48,136 nt of DNA, from positions 1 to 48,136 of the forward strand of contig JAWAQR010000009.1 of assembly GCA_038893835.1 (NCBI GenBank), read 5' to 3'. Position 1 is the first letter of the stretch. Every line of letters begins with the position of its first letter. Position numbers and translations under genes: made by a program. This document shows, piece by piece, positions 29,328 through 38,723 of the stretch. The stretch is from Archaeoglobaceae archaeon (GTDB lineage: Archaea > Halobacteriota > Archaeoglobi > Archaeoglobales > Archaeoglobaceae). The notes under the pieces were generated by a model. It was not told the origin of the DNA and made no database searches. It worked only from the letters and a program-made list of their open reading frames with translations.

Positions 29328-30089
29328 TCACCCCCAATTTGGCCTTCTTTTCTCAAAAAACGCCTTAATTCCCTCCCTCGCAAATTTCGAACTTGAATGC
29401 AAAGCTATCGTTTCCGTGGCAAATTTAAGCGCGGAAAAGTCTTCCATAAACATCTGACTATAGAAAAACCTTTTCCCCGATTCAAGAACCTCAAGCGGAA
29501 ATCTCGCAATTTTCTTCGCAATTTCCTCTGTTTCCTTCTCAAGCGCTTCATCTTTCACCACCTTATTAACAAGCCCAATTCTCAGCGCCTCCTCAGCGTT
29601 GATGGGATCTCCAAGAATTCCGAGTTCAAATGCCTTCTTTCTTCCAACGTTTCTGCTCACAAACACAATTGGAGTAAAGCAAAAAAGCCCTATGTTCACA
29701 CCAGGAGTTGCAAATTTTGCATTTTCAGAAGCTATTGCTAAATCGCAGGCTGCAACTAACTGACAGCCCGCAGCATAAGCAACTCCGCGAACCATTGCGA
29801 TGAATGGCTGAGGGGCGCTGCGTATTGCGAACATAACCTTAAAGCATTGCAAAAACAATTTTTCAACTTCAATTGGGTCCAATTCATAAATCTCCCTCAA
29901 ATCGTGTCCAGCAGAGAAATTTTTTCCAGCACCAGTTAAAATGACAACCCTAACATTCCTTTCTTCCGATATTTTCTTTATTAACCGTTCTAGATCACAT
30001 AGAGTTTCGAGCGAGAGAGGATTTATTTTTTCTGGATTGTTAAGAGTTATCTTTCCAATCCTTTCTCTTTCTTCGTATAAAACTCTCAT
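29328..30089 (-). CDS. Crotonase-fold protein (ECHDC3-like) lacking both catalytic Glu
   Basis: FSAGHDL, AAGCQLVAACD and FATPGVNIGLFC. Confidence 0.88.
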   Translation of the reverse strand: MRVLYEERERIGKITLNNPEKINPLSLETLCDLERLIKKISEERNVRVVILTGAGKNFSAGHDLREIYELDPIEVEKLFLQCFKVMFAIRSAPQPFIAMVRGVAYAAGCQLVAACDLAIASENAKFATPGVNIGLFCFTPIVFVSRNVGRKKAFELGILGDPINAEEALRIGLVNKVVKDEALEKETEEIAKKIARFPLEVLESGKRFFYSQMFMEDFSALKFATETIALHSSSKFAREGIKAFFEKRRPNWG

Positions 30090-30095
30090 AAATAC

Positions 30096-30170
30096 TGATG
30101 GTACCATCAAAAATAAAAGCTTTTTTGAATTAAACCTTTGATGATTCAAAAAAGAAAAAGTTAAATAAGC
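30096..30170. promoter_or_regulatory. Divergent promoter with two inverted repeats (candidate operators)
   Basis: Perfect palindrome TGATGGTACCATCA at 30096-30109. CTTTTTTGAAT-N13-ATTCAAAAAAG at 30120-30154. BRE/TATA GAAAAAG-TTAAATA at 30154-30167. Confidence 0.6.
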
Positions 30171-30199
30171 AATTAAACTCATTTTTTATTGGTGATTAA

Positions 30200-31339
30200 A
30201 TGCCTGCTATAGTTGGAGTAGGTTACAGCGGTTTTAATACAAATACACCTGATCTCAGCTGGAAAGAAATCATGTACGAAGCTGCTGTCAGAGCTTACGA
30301 AGATGCTGGAATAAATCCAAGAAGAGATGTGGACAGCTTTGTAACATGTGCCGAGGACTTTTACGAAGGATTTGCAATCTTCGATGAATTTGTTCCAGAT
30401 CAGTTGGGCGCAGTTTTAAAACCAACGTGCACAATCTGCTCAGATTTCCTCTATGGACTCGCTACTGCATATATGCAAATAGAGAGTGGACTGGCAAACA
30501 TCGTAGTTGTTGAAGCCCATAGCAAGGCGAGTGACATGAAAACCTTTGGAGAAATAATAAGACATGCGATGGATCCAATTTGGCTAAAGGGTGTTACCAA
30601 AGCACACCCATACTACTTTGCAGCTTTGGAGATGAGCTATTACATAAATAAATATGGTATAAAGGAAGAGGCAATTGCAGAGGTTGTTGTGAAGAATAAG
30701 AAGAATGCAATTCTGAACGATGCTGCTCCTTACGGTGCAAAGCTGACCATAGATGATGTGCTAAAAAGCCCATTTGTTTTCTACCCAATGAGAAAAATAG
30801 AGATCGCCGAACGCTCCGATGGAGCGATAGTTTTCGTAGTAGCCAGTGATGAGGTTGCCAGAAAGCTTACGGATACACCAGTATGGATAAAAGGTATCGG
30901 CTGGTGGAGTGAAACTAGCAACTACGATACGATGAGTTTTGAGGCTCTTTATGCCTATAAAGCAGGAAAAATGGCTTATAAAATGGCAGAAATAGAAGTT
31001 CCGTCCAGAGAAGTTGATATTGCAGAAGTTGATGATAGATTTGCGTTCAAAGAATTACAGCACATCGTAGCATTGCAGCTTGCCAGAAAATATGAAGTGT
31101 GCGATCTGATGCTTGAAGGATATTTCTCGAGAAATGGTTCACTACCCGTTAATGTCTCCGGTGGAAATCTTGGAGTTGGGAACTTGCTAGAAGCCACTGG
31201 TGGACAGAAGGCACTTGAAATAGTTTTACAGTTACGCGGAGAGGCTGGGAAAAGACAGGTGGATTGTGAAGTTGGAGTTGCGCAAAGCTGGCGTTATGTT
31301 CCAACTGCAAGTGGTGCAGTTGCCATTTTCGGGGTGTGA
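30200..31339 (+). CDS. Thiolase-fold (SCP-x type) protein, non-canonical active site
   Basis: AIVGVG, VKNKKNA, DGA and VNVSGGNLGVGN. Confidence 0.88.
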   Translation: MPAIVGVGYSGFNTNTPDLSWKEIMYEAAVRAYEDAGINPRRDVDSFVTCAEDFYEGFAIFDEFVPDQLGAVLKPTCTICSDFLYGLATAYMQIESGLANIVVVEAHSKASDMKTFGEIIRHAMDPIWLKGVTKAHPYYFAALEMSYYINKYGIKEEAIAEVVVKNKKNAILNDAAPYGAKLTIDDVLKSPFVFYPMRKIEIAERSDGAIVFVVASDEVARKLTDTPVWIKGIGWWSETSNYDTMSFEALYAYKAGKMAYKMAEIEVPSREVDIAEVDDRFAFKELQHIVALQLARKYEVCDLMLEGYFSRNGSLPVNVSGGNLGVGNLLEATGGQKALEIVLQLRGEAGKRQVDCEVGVAQSWRYVPTASGAVAIFGV

Positions 31340-31342
31340 TGT

Positions 31343-32545
31343 ATGGAGATTGAGCTCGTAAAGGGTTTAAAGTTTCATAAAAAGCAAGATGTTGCAATTG
31401 TTGGCGCCGGAATGACGACTTTCAAGCGGAGATTGCTTGAAACAGGTAAAGAACTTTCATACTTTGCTGTCAAACAAGCCTTGGAAGAGGCCGGATTGGA
31501 AATAAAGGATATAGAAATGGTAGTTCTTGGTTCAGCTCCAGATGCTTTCGATGGTACTGCTTTAAAGGGCGAGTACTTGCTCGATGGTGCAGGCGGGAGC
31601 GATCGTCCATATATGAGAGTCTTTGTGGGCGGTGGTACAGCTGTCTTTGCTCCAATCGCTGGTTACTGGCATGTGGCAAGCGGATTGGCTGACGTTTGCC
31701 TTGTCGTTTGTGAAGAAAAAATGTCATGCTGCTATCCGCATCCACAATCAGCGTTCAAATACATCTGGGATCCAATTCTTGAAAGGCCACTTAAGCCAAA
31801 CCTCATATGGATCTTTGCACTGGAAATGCAACGCTATATGCATGTTAACAATGTGAAGCATGAAGATATCGCACTGGTTTCGGTTAAAAACAAGGCAAAT
31901 GCTCTAGACCATCCATGTGCGCAGGTTGCGGAAAAGATTACAGTTGAAGACGTGCTGAAAAGCGAACCAATGGCCTTGCCTGTAAGAAGACTTGACGTTT
32001 CACCACCAAGCGATGGTGCTGCGGCACTTATAATGGTCGCACCCCACATTGCAAGGCAGCTGACAGATGAGCCTGTCTGGGTTACAGGGGTAGGCTGGTG
32101 CCTTGATACTACGCATTGGACAAATCGTGACTTGTATTTCCCGAGATATGTTGCAGAAGCTGCAAGAATGGCCTATAGAATGGCCCATATAACAGATCCA
32201 AGGAAGCAAATAGACGTGGCAGAGCCTTATGATCCGTTCGATTACAAGGAGCTCCACCACATGGAAGGACTTGGACTTGCTAGAAAGGGAGAAGCGCCAA
32301 TTTTAACGAGAGAAGGTGTAACTGCCAGAGATGGAGATTTGCCAGTGTGTCCATCTGGTGGATTGCTAGGTGTAGGAAATCCAATCGCAGCAGCAATGGG
32401 TGTTAAGGCTTGCGAAATTTACTGGCAGCTTGCATATAGAGCTGGGAAGAGGCAAGTTGCGAAGGAAGTAACTACTGGTGTCTGCCAAGCTTGGGGAGAT
32501 TTGATGCAGATTGGGACCGTGATGGTTATGTCGAATAAGAGGTGA
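31343..32545 (+). CDS. Thiolase-fold (SCP-x type) protein, non-canonical active site
   Basis: VAIVGAGMT, EEKMS, SPPSDGAAA, EPYDPF and PSGGLLGVGNP. Confidence 0.88.
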   Translation: MEIELVKGLKFHKKQDVAIVGAGMTTFKRRLLETGKELSYFAVKQALEEAGLEIKDIEMVVLGSAPDAFDGTALKGEYLLDGAGGSDRPYMRVFVGGGTAVFAPIAGYWHVASGLADVCLVVCEEKMSCCYPHPQSAFKYIWDPILERPLKPNLIWIFALEMQRYMHVNNVKHEDIALVSVKNKANALDHPCAQVAEKITVEDVLKSEPMALPVRRLDVSPPSDGAAALIMVAPHIARQLTDEPVWVTGVGWCLDTTHWTNRDLYFPRYVAEAARMAYRMAHITDPRKQIDVAEPYDPFDYKELHHMEGLGLARKGEAPILTREGVTARDGDLPVCPSGGLLGVGNPIAAAMGVKACEIYWQLAYRAGKRQVAKEVTTGVCQAWGDLMQIGTVMVMSNKR

Positions 32546-32549
32546 AATT

Positions 32550-33080
32550 ATGGCTGTTGGAAAGAAGAAATTGGAGTGCCCTCCATATGCTGAAGGAACT
32601 CCAATTTCTGAGGCGGATATAAGCAATAGGAAAGTAACTTTCTTCGAAGATCATCCGAACCTAGTTTATTCTTGGACAGCTGGACAGGCGATGAGCAGAT
32701 TTCTTAATGAGCTTAAGAATGGAAGGTTAATTGCGACGAAGTGCGAAAGATGCAATCGAGTGATTTTCCCACCTAGGATTTACTGCGAGCTTTGTTATAA
32801 GCCAATAGACGGATGGGTTTACGTTAAGGATACCGGAACCGTGCAAACTTTCTCCATTTCCTACATCGATCCAGATGCGAGACCTTTGGATAAGCCGGTG
32901 ATAGTTGCGGTTATAGCAGTTGATGGTGCCTCAAAGAATATGGGGATCCTGCACATCCTCGGTGAAGTTGAACCGGAAAAAGTCTACATTGGAATGCGTG
33001 TAAAAGCTGTTTGGAAGCCGGAAAATGAGAGAAGAGGTGAAATTACAGACATAAAGTACTGGAAACCATTGGAGGTGTGA
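32550..33080 (+). CDS. DUF35 Zn-ribbon/OB-fold protein
   Basis: CERC..PPRIYCELC and IGMRVKAVW. Confidence 0.9.
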   Translation: MAVGKKKLECPPYAEGTPISEADISNRKVTFFEDHPNLVYSWTAGQAMSRFLNELKNGRLIATKCERCNRVIFPPRIYCELCYKPIDGWVYVKDTGTVQTFSISYIDPDARPLDKPVIVAVIAVDGASKNMGILHILGEVEPEKVYIGMRVKAVWKPENERRGEITDIKYWKPLEV

Positions 33081-33541
33081 AAATGATTGAAAAAATTGTT
33101 GATCCAGAAAAACTCCGTCATTATCCGCCTGGTGGAGGAAAAATAGAGCTTTACTGGATTTACACGAGTGGGAGAGCTGGAGATTTGTTTTTTAAAAAGC
33201 TGAAGGAGGGAAAATTCATCGCTGCTAAATGCAAGAAATGCGGCCATCGCTTTTTCCCGCCTAGGATTTATTGCGAGTTTGATTTTAGCGATACTGAATT
33301 CTATGAAGTGAGTGGAGAGGGGTGCATTGAAGCCTTTACCATTGCAAAGCTAGATTTGAACGAACAACCAATGGAAGAGATAATAGCTCTAATAAAGCTT
33401 GACGGAACAGATGGGAGGATTATACATGTTATAAAAGAGGCAAAGGAAGTTTGCATAGGGATGAGAGTAAAGCCTGTGCTTAAGAAGCCGGAAGAAATGA
33501 CAGGGACGATTTCCGACATAGCGTATTTTAAACCAGTTTAA
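33077..33541 (+). CDS. DUF35 Zn-ribbon/OB-fold protein
   Basis: CKKC..PPRIYCEFD and IGMRVKPV. Confidence 0.9.
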   Translation: MKMIEKIVDPEKLRHYPPGGGKIELYWIYTSGRAGDLFFKKLKEGKFIAAKCKKCGHRFFPPRIYCEFDFSDTEFYEVSGEGCIEAFTIAKLDLNEQPMEEIIALIKLDGTDGRIIHVIKEAKEVCIGMRVKPVLKKPEEMTGTISDIAYFKPV

Positions 33542-33563
33542 TTTTATTATTTTGGTGATAGAT

Positions 33564-34745
33564 ATGGATTTTGAGTTCAACGAAGATCAAAAGATGATTG
33601 CAAACACAGCAAAAGAGATTGCTGAAGATTTTCCACCTGAATACTGGAGGGAAAAGGAAGAAAAAGGTGAGTTCGCGGAAGAGTTCTTCAAGGCAATTGC
33701 AAAAGCTGGTTTCTTTGGAATTGTGATTCCAGAAGAGTATGGGGGTTCAGGATATGGAATTACAGAACTTTTGATTGCGATGGAAGAATTGGCTGCAAAC
33801 GGCTGTGGAATGGCAGGGGTTTGGTATTTAATGCTGACAGAAGTTTTTGGAGGTTTAACAATAGTGAGACATGGGACGGAGAAACAGAAAGAAAAATATT
33901 TACCAAAGATTGCCAAAGGTGAGCTTGAGTTTTGCATGGCCTTGACTGAGCCGGATGCTGGGACTAATACGCTTGCGATAAAGACGAGGGCAGTTAAAGA
34001 TGGCGATGAGTGGGTGATAAATGGGAACAAGATATGGATAAGCGGTGCAGATAGAGCTAAGGGAATGCTAATCGTTGCCAGAACTACACCTCTAGAAAAG
34101 GCACCAAAGAAAACATTTGGACTTAGTCTTTTCATAGCTGATTTACCAAATAAAGCTGTGAAGATCAATCCAATTCCAAAGCACGCCATAAATTATTCAA
34201 AAAGTTGCGAAGTGAGTTTTAACGATCTTCGTTTGCCAAGTGATGCGCTAATTCCACCATTGGATGAAGGGTGGTATTTGATACTCGATACGCTCAATCC
34301 AGAAAGAATGGGTTTCGCAACTGCAGCGATTGGAATAAGTAGATTGGCGATAAAAAAAGCTGTTGAATATTCAAAACAGAGAAAGGTTTTTGCTGATCCA
34401 ATTGGAAGTTATCAAGGATTGCAGTTTCCAATCGCCGAGGCTTACTCGATGCTTGAATGTGCGAAGCTTATGAACTTCAAAGCAGCATGGCTTTATGATA
34501 AAAAGGCAAGTTACAGAGAAGTGGGAGCCTTTGCGAACATGGCAAAGATCGTAGCTGTTGAAGCTGGGATAAAAGCCGTTTACTGGGCAATGCAGACTTT
34601 TGGCGGATATGGGTATGCGAAAGAATACGATGTTGAGAGATGGTGGAGGGAGATAAATCTCATCCGCTTGGCTCCTGTTACGCAACAGATGGCTCTGAAT
34701 TACATAGCCGAACACGTTCTAGGTTTTCCGAAAAGTTATAGATGA
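33564..34745 (+). CDS. Acyl-CoA dehydrogenase
   Basis: IPEEYGG, ALTEPDAGT, NGNKIWIS, LNPER and QTFGGYGY. Confidence 0.95.
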   Translation: MDFEFNEDQKMIANTAKEIAEDFPPEYWREKEEKGEFAEEFFKAIAKAGFFGIVIPEEYGGSGYGITELLIAMEELAANGCGMAGVWYLMLTEVFGGLTIVRHGTEKQKEKYLPKIAKGELEFCMALTEPDAGTNTLAIKTRAVKDGDEWVINGNKIWISGADRAKGMLIVARTTPLEKAPKKTFGLSLFIADLPNKAVKINPIPKHAINYSKSCEVSFNDLRLPSDALIPPLDEGWYLILDTLNPERMGFATAAIGISRLAIKKAVEYSKQRKVFADPIGSYQGLQFPIAEAYSMLECAKLMNFKAAWLYDKKASYREVGAFANMAKIVAVEAGIKAVYWAMQTFGGYGYAKEYDVERWWREINLIRLAPVTQQMALNYIAEHVLGFPKSYR

Positions 34746-35521
34746 GTATGGCGGTTGAGATAAGAAAGGAAGAGGGAATTCTCTGGGTAAAATTCAATCG
34801 CCCAGAAGCGCTGAACGCGATAAATGAAGAAGTGATCAGAGGTCTTAGGAAAGCGATCAAAATTGCAAGGGAAGATAAGGAAGTCAGAGTGATGGTTTTG
34901 ACTGGAGAAGGTAGAGCTTTCTGTGCTGGAGCTGATGTAAAGATGTTTTCTAAGATGAACACATATGAGGCTAGAAGGATCATTGAAGAGCTTGGAAAAG
35001 CTTTGGAAGAGCTTGAAGATCTTGAAATTCCGGTAATAGCAGCTGTTAATGGCCTAGCTCTTGGTGGTGGTTGCGAAATAGCAATGGCATGCGATTTGAT
35101 AATAGCGAGTGAGAAGGCTGTTTTTGGTCAGCCGGAAATAAATTTGGGAATAATTCCAGGAGCAGGAGGGACGCAAAGGCTTGCCAGAATAGTTGGTTGG
35201 AAAAAGGCAATGGAATTATGTCTTACCGGGGAAAGAATAGATGCAAGAGAAGCGGAAAGGCTTGGTCTTGTGAACAGAGTTGTTGAGCATGATAAGCTAA
35301 TGGAGGAAGCGAAGAAATTTGCTGAAAAGTTGAAGACGAAATCTCCAAAAGCTCTTATGTTTGTAAAGCAAGCTGTGAATAGGGGTTTCAAGATGAGCTT
35401 GGAAAATGGCATAAAATACGAGCGAGACCTCTTCGCTCTATCTTTTGCCAGTAAGGATGCTGAAGAAGGAATAAGGGCTTTTGTTGAGAAAAGAGTTCCG
35501 AAGTTTGGTGAGAGAGAATGA
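34742..35521 (+). CDS. Enoyl-CoA hydratase
   Basis: AFCAGAD, GGGCE and QPEINLGIIPGAGGTQRL; both catalytic Glu are present. Confidence 0.95.
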   Translation: MSMAVEIRKEEGILWVKFNRPEALNAINEEVIRGLRKAIKIAREDKEVRVMVLTGEGRAFCAGADVKMFSKMNTYEARRIIEELGKALEELEDLEIPVIAAVNGLALGGGCEIAMACDLIIASEKAVFGQPEINLGIIPGAGGTQRLARIVGWKKAMELCLTGERIDAREAERLGLVNRVVEHDKLMEEAKKFAEKLKTKSPKALMFVKQAVNRGFKMSLENGIKYERDLFALSFASKDAEEGIRAFVEKRVPKFGERE

Positions 35522-36618
35522 AAGTCATATATTATTTTTTATTACTGTTGCTTCTGTTTTCAGCCTGTGTGCAGCAAAAAGAGGAGATAAGAATAGGGGT
35601 ACTAGTGCCGAAGACGGGTGAATTCTCCTCAGCAGGACTTGTGATGGAAAATGCTGCAAAGCTCGCTGAGAAACATGCTAAGGAATTTTTTGGTTTAAAC
35701 GTCAAAGTAGTGATAGCAGACTGTGGTGATAAGCCAGAGACTGCAAAAACAGCCTTTATTTCACTGGCACAGCAAGGAGTTGTTGCGATAGTTGGCGCAT
35801 ATTCTAGTCCACAGAGCTTAGTGCTTGCAGATACGGCAAAGGAATTGAAGGTTGTTTATATTGCAAGCGTTGCCTCAGCAGATCTTGAAAGTAAGGTTAA
35901 AGATGGAAATAAATTCGTCTTTAGAAACGCATACAATGTAACATACTGGGGCATTTTGGCCGTTGAATTTCTCGAAAAAATCGATGCAAAGAGCTATTAC
36001 TTAGTAGGCTATGATCCACTAAGAACCTTTAACGCGGCTTTGTTCAGCTTGATAAAGAACTCAACAAAAGCGGAGTTAAAGGGGGAAGATTGGATCAAAT
36101 CACCAAGCGTAGCTCCTGAAGATTATAAGAGAGCAGTTGAAAAAGCTTTGGCAAGCGATGCAGAAGTGATAATCCTTGGCGATCCTGGGGTAATGAGTGT
36201 GAGCTTTGTGAGAGAATATGCGATGAAGGGGGGAAAAGCGACAATCTATTCTGTCGGCGGAACGCTCGCTTTACCATACGTTTTGAGGAGTCTAAACGTC
36301 AACAACATCGCATTTCAGGCTGCTGCAATTGAAGGGGAAGAGAAGACTGTATTGACGAAGAAATACTTTGAAGATTACAAGGCTAATTTTAAAGAAGATG
36401 CGAACAACTATGCAGGAATTCTAACTTATGATGCGATTCTAATAGCTGCACAAGCGGCATCGAAAGGAAAGTTGATTGAAGAACTTGAAAAAGGTGAATT
36501 CATAGGAGCTGCTGGAATTTACAGCTTCAACGAAAATCATCAGGCAAAATGGGGAACTGAAAAGCTAAAGGGTAGTATCGGAATTTACAAGGATGGAAGA
36601 ATTGAGATTCTAAAATGA
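35518..36618 (+). CDS. HAAT/LIV-type ABC transporter substrate-binding lipoprotein
   Basis: Lipobox LLFSAC, IRIGVLVPKTG, VGAYSS and TYDA. Confidence 0.88.
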   Translation: MKVIYYFLLLLLLFSACVQQKEEIRIGVLVPKTGEFSSAGLVMENAAKLAEKHAKEFFGLNVKVVIADCGDKPETAKTAFISLAQQGVVAIVGAYSSPQSLVLADTAKELKVVYIASVASADLESKVKDGNKFVFRNAYNVTYWGILAVEFLEKIDAKSYYLVGYDPLRTFNAALFSLIKNSTKAELKGEDWIKSPSVAPEDYKRAVEKALASDAEVIILGDPGVMSVSFVREYAMKGGKATIYSVGGTLALPYVLRSLNVNNIAFQAAAIEGEEKTVLTKKYFEDYKANFKEDANNYAGILTYDAILIAAQAASKGKLIEELEKGEFIGAAGIYSFNENHQAKWGTEKLKGSIGIYKDGRIEILK

Positions 36619-37301
36619 TCTCCGAAATTCTAACTTCTTTTTTTTACTCAGCCTTTTCGGTCTCCATTCTCCTCTGCTATCGTGCTGGGAAAATACTGAA
36701 TCTATCCCTAGCCTCTCTATTTACTCTTGGAGCATATCTATCCCAAAGTCCAATCTTGGCAATTCTTCTTGGTGCAATGGTAGGTTTTTTATTGCATAAG
36801 ATTACAAAAAAGCTCAGCATAACCAAAGCCACAGTTTTTTCACTAGCTCTTGCAATTGCGATTGAGGAATTTCTTAGAATAATATTCAAAACCGAATACG
36901 TGATATTTCAAGTGAACAAAATAACCCTCCTTGGAGAAAGTATTCTGTTTCCTCATCTTCTTGCTGGGATAATATCGATGGGTTTCGTGATTCTTTTTCT
37001 GGCCTTTTTATTCACCGAAAAGTCAAAGAATTTGAAAATCGTTGAAGAAGATCCAGAGCTTGCCGAGTTGTATGGGGTGAGAGTTGAAAGAATGAGAATG
37101 TTTATTCTGACATCAACGGGAGCTTTAATAGCACTCCTGGGCTCCCTTCAAAACCCCGGAATAGTATATCCAACAATCGGCTGGCAGTACTTGATCTTTG
37201 CCGTGATTGTTGCGACTTTTGCCAACATCTTTGAGGAAAAGGCTTACATTTTTGCATTCATCTTTGCCCTTTTGGCGACATGCTTGCCAAAGCTATTCTG
37301 A
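36615..37301 (+). CDS. HAAT ABC permease (LivH-like, short)
   Basis: ILNLS and EDPELAELYGV; hydrophobic. Confidence 0.8.
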   Translation: MISEILTSFFYSAFSVSILLCYRAGKILNLSLASLFTLGAYLSQSPILAILLGAMVGFLLHKITKKLSITKATVFSLALAIAIEEFLRIIFKTEYVIFQVNKITLLGESILFPHLLAGIISMGFVILFLAFLFTEKSKNLKIVEEDPELAELYGVRVERMRMFILTSTGALIALLGSLQNPGIVYPTIGWQYLIFAVIVATFANIFEEKAYIFAFIFALLATCLPKLF

Positions 37302-38107
37302 TAACCTTACCTCTCCTAATACCTCCTCTCCTTGGTTACTATCCAACCTTCATAGCTTTGATGGCGATAAATCTTGGATTAATGGCAGTCGCATGGCATT
37401 TCATGGAAAAAGATGGCGGCTGGGTGAGTTTGGGACATTCAATTCCATTCGGAATCTCTGCTTATCTCTTCGCTCTTAATCCACAAATTACACCTCTATC
37501 TTTTCTCAGCTTTCTAATTCTCATCCTACTTTCTTTTACCGGAAAAAGACTCTTCCCATTTGCAACTTTCCTAGCATCAGTGGCTTTTTGGCAGCTCTCG
37601 CATTACCTCATAATCGATGGTAGGGGAGGAGAAGAGGGATTTAGAGTCGCAATCTCACTTCCCTTAGCAGACCTCTATGTAATTTCTGCAACTTTCTTCC
37701 TGCTCAGCTATTTGGGCCTAGAACTTCTAAGCAAATCAGAGCTTGGATTAAAAATAATGGCTGTCAGAGATGATGAGATCGCTGCTAGGAGCATAGGAAT
37801 TAGTCCAATTCTCTATAGATTTTTTGTTTTTCTTTTATCATCAACCCTTACATCGATTTCCGGTATTTTGCATGCACTAACGTTCTCCCATGTTTCCCCT
37901 ACTATATTCTCACCTTTCTACTCCCTTTTCCCATTCGTAGTCTCTGTAATTTCCATGGGAAAACGTTGGATCTTTTTAATTGGAAGTCTCTCAGTTATAA
38001 CAATATCCCATGTCCTGTCCTCAATAATTCCAGAAGCCCACTACGTTCTTTATTCAGCCGCGCTGATGCTCTTTTCAGCGGTGAAAAGGGATGTTGAAGA
38101 TAGTTGA
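37280..38107 (+). CDS. HAAT ABC permease (LivM-like)
   Basis: GWVSLGH, GGEEG and AVRDDEIAARSIGI. Confidence 0.85.
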   Translation: MLAKAILITLPLLIPPLLGYYPTFIALMAINLGLMAVAWHFMEKDGGWVSLGHSIPFGISAYLFALNPQITPLSFLSFLILILLSFTGKRLFPFATFLASVAFWQLSHYLIIDGRGGEEGFRVAISLPLADLYVISATFFLLSYLGLELLSKSELGLKIMAVRDDEIAARSIGISPILYRFFVFLLSSTLTSISGILHALTFSHVSPTIFSPFYSLFPFVVSVISMGKRWIFLIGSLSVITISHVLSSIIPEAHYVLYSAALMLFSAVKRDVEDS

Positions 38108-38723
38108 GTTATCAAAAGTCTATGGAAGATCTGCAGTTTTAAAGGGGATAAATCTGGAACTAAAAAAGGGGACATATTGCCTATTTGGTCCAAATGGCAG
38201 CGGAAAGACAACGCTTCTCAAGATAATTTCCGGGTTCGAGAAACCAACATGTGGAAGGATATTTTTTAAAGATTTGGAAATTACCGGGCTTAAAGCAGAA
38301 AGAATTTCGAAACTCGGCATAGCAATTGCATTTCAAATACCCCATGTCTTCTGGAATCTAAGTGTGGAGCAGAACATTTTCCTAGCCTGCAAAGATTGGG
38401 GAAAAGCTGAGGAAATTGCAGAAATGTTTAGACTCAAGGGAGAACTAAAATACCAGGCCAAAAAACTTTCACAAGGAAAATTGAAACTTTTGCAAATTTC
38501 AATGGCATTTGCAACAAAACCAAAACTCCTTTTGTTAGATGAACCATTTGCGGGTCTTGATGTTAGAAACGTGAGACTAATGTTGGAAATTCTAAAAGAA
38601 ATAAGGGCAGAGACATCGATGATAATTACTTCACACAGACCAAAACTTCTAAGAGGGATTGCGGATAGTTTCTTGGAATTAAAGGGTGGTAAGATTGTTG
38701 AAAGCCAAAAAAATCCTGTTTGA
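38091..38723 (+). CDS. ABC ATP-binding protein (LivG-like)
   Basis: GPNGSGKT, FQIP and LLLDEP. Confidence 0.9.
   Translation: MLKIVELSKVYGRSAVLKGINLELKKGTYCLFGPNGSGKTTLLKIISGFEKPTCGRIFFKDLEITGLKAERISKLGIAIAFQIPHVFWNLSVEQNIFLACKDWGKAEEIAEMFRLKGELKYQAKKLSQGKLKLLQISMAFATKPKLLLLDEPFAGLDVRNVRLMLEILKEIRAETSMIITSHRPKLLRGIADSFLELKGGKIVESQKNPV

Noticed and set aside
31337-31345. Stop-codon readthrough or selenocysteine fusing in-frame neighbours (also at 391/392, 8792/8793, 17110/17111)
   Set aside because: Each downstream gene has its own ATG, both partners are complete domains, and no SECIS-like element was seen. This is ordinary tight packing.
23336-32545. 3-hydroxypropionate/4-hydroxybutyrate carbon-fixation cycle
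   Set aside because: Mutase, epimerase, carboxyltransferase and dehydratase are present. However, there is no biotin carboxylase or malonyl-/succinyl-CoA reductase here, and the importers and ACAD point to catabolism.
32770-33280. Near-identical 18-nt repeat CCTAGGATTTA(C/T)TGCGAG
   Set aside because: It encodes the shared PRIYCE motif of the two paralogous DUF35 genes and is not a separate element.
33587-34189. Long antisense ORFs (e.g. 33587-34189, 45720-46361, 41131-41649, 3683-4192)
   Set aside because: They are Ser/Phe/Ile-rich shadows of well-supported genes on the opposite strand and carry no motifs.
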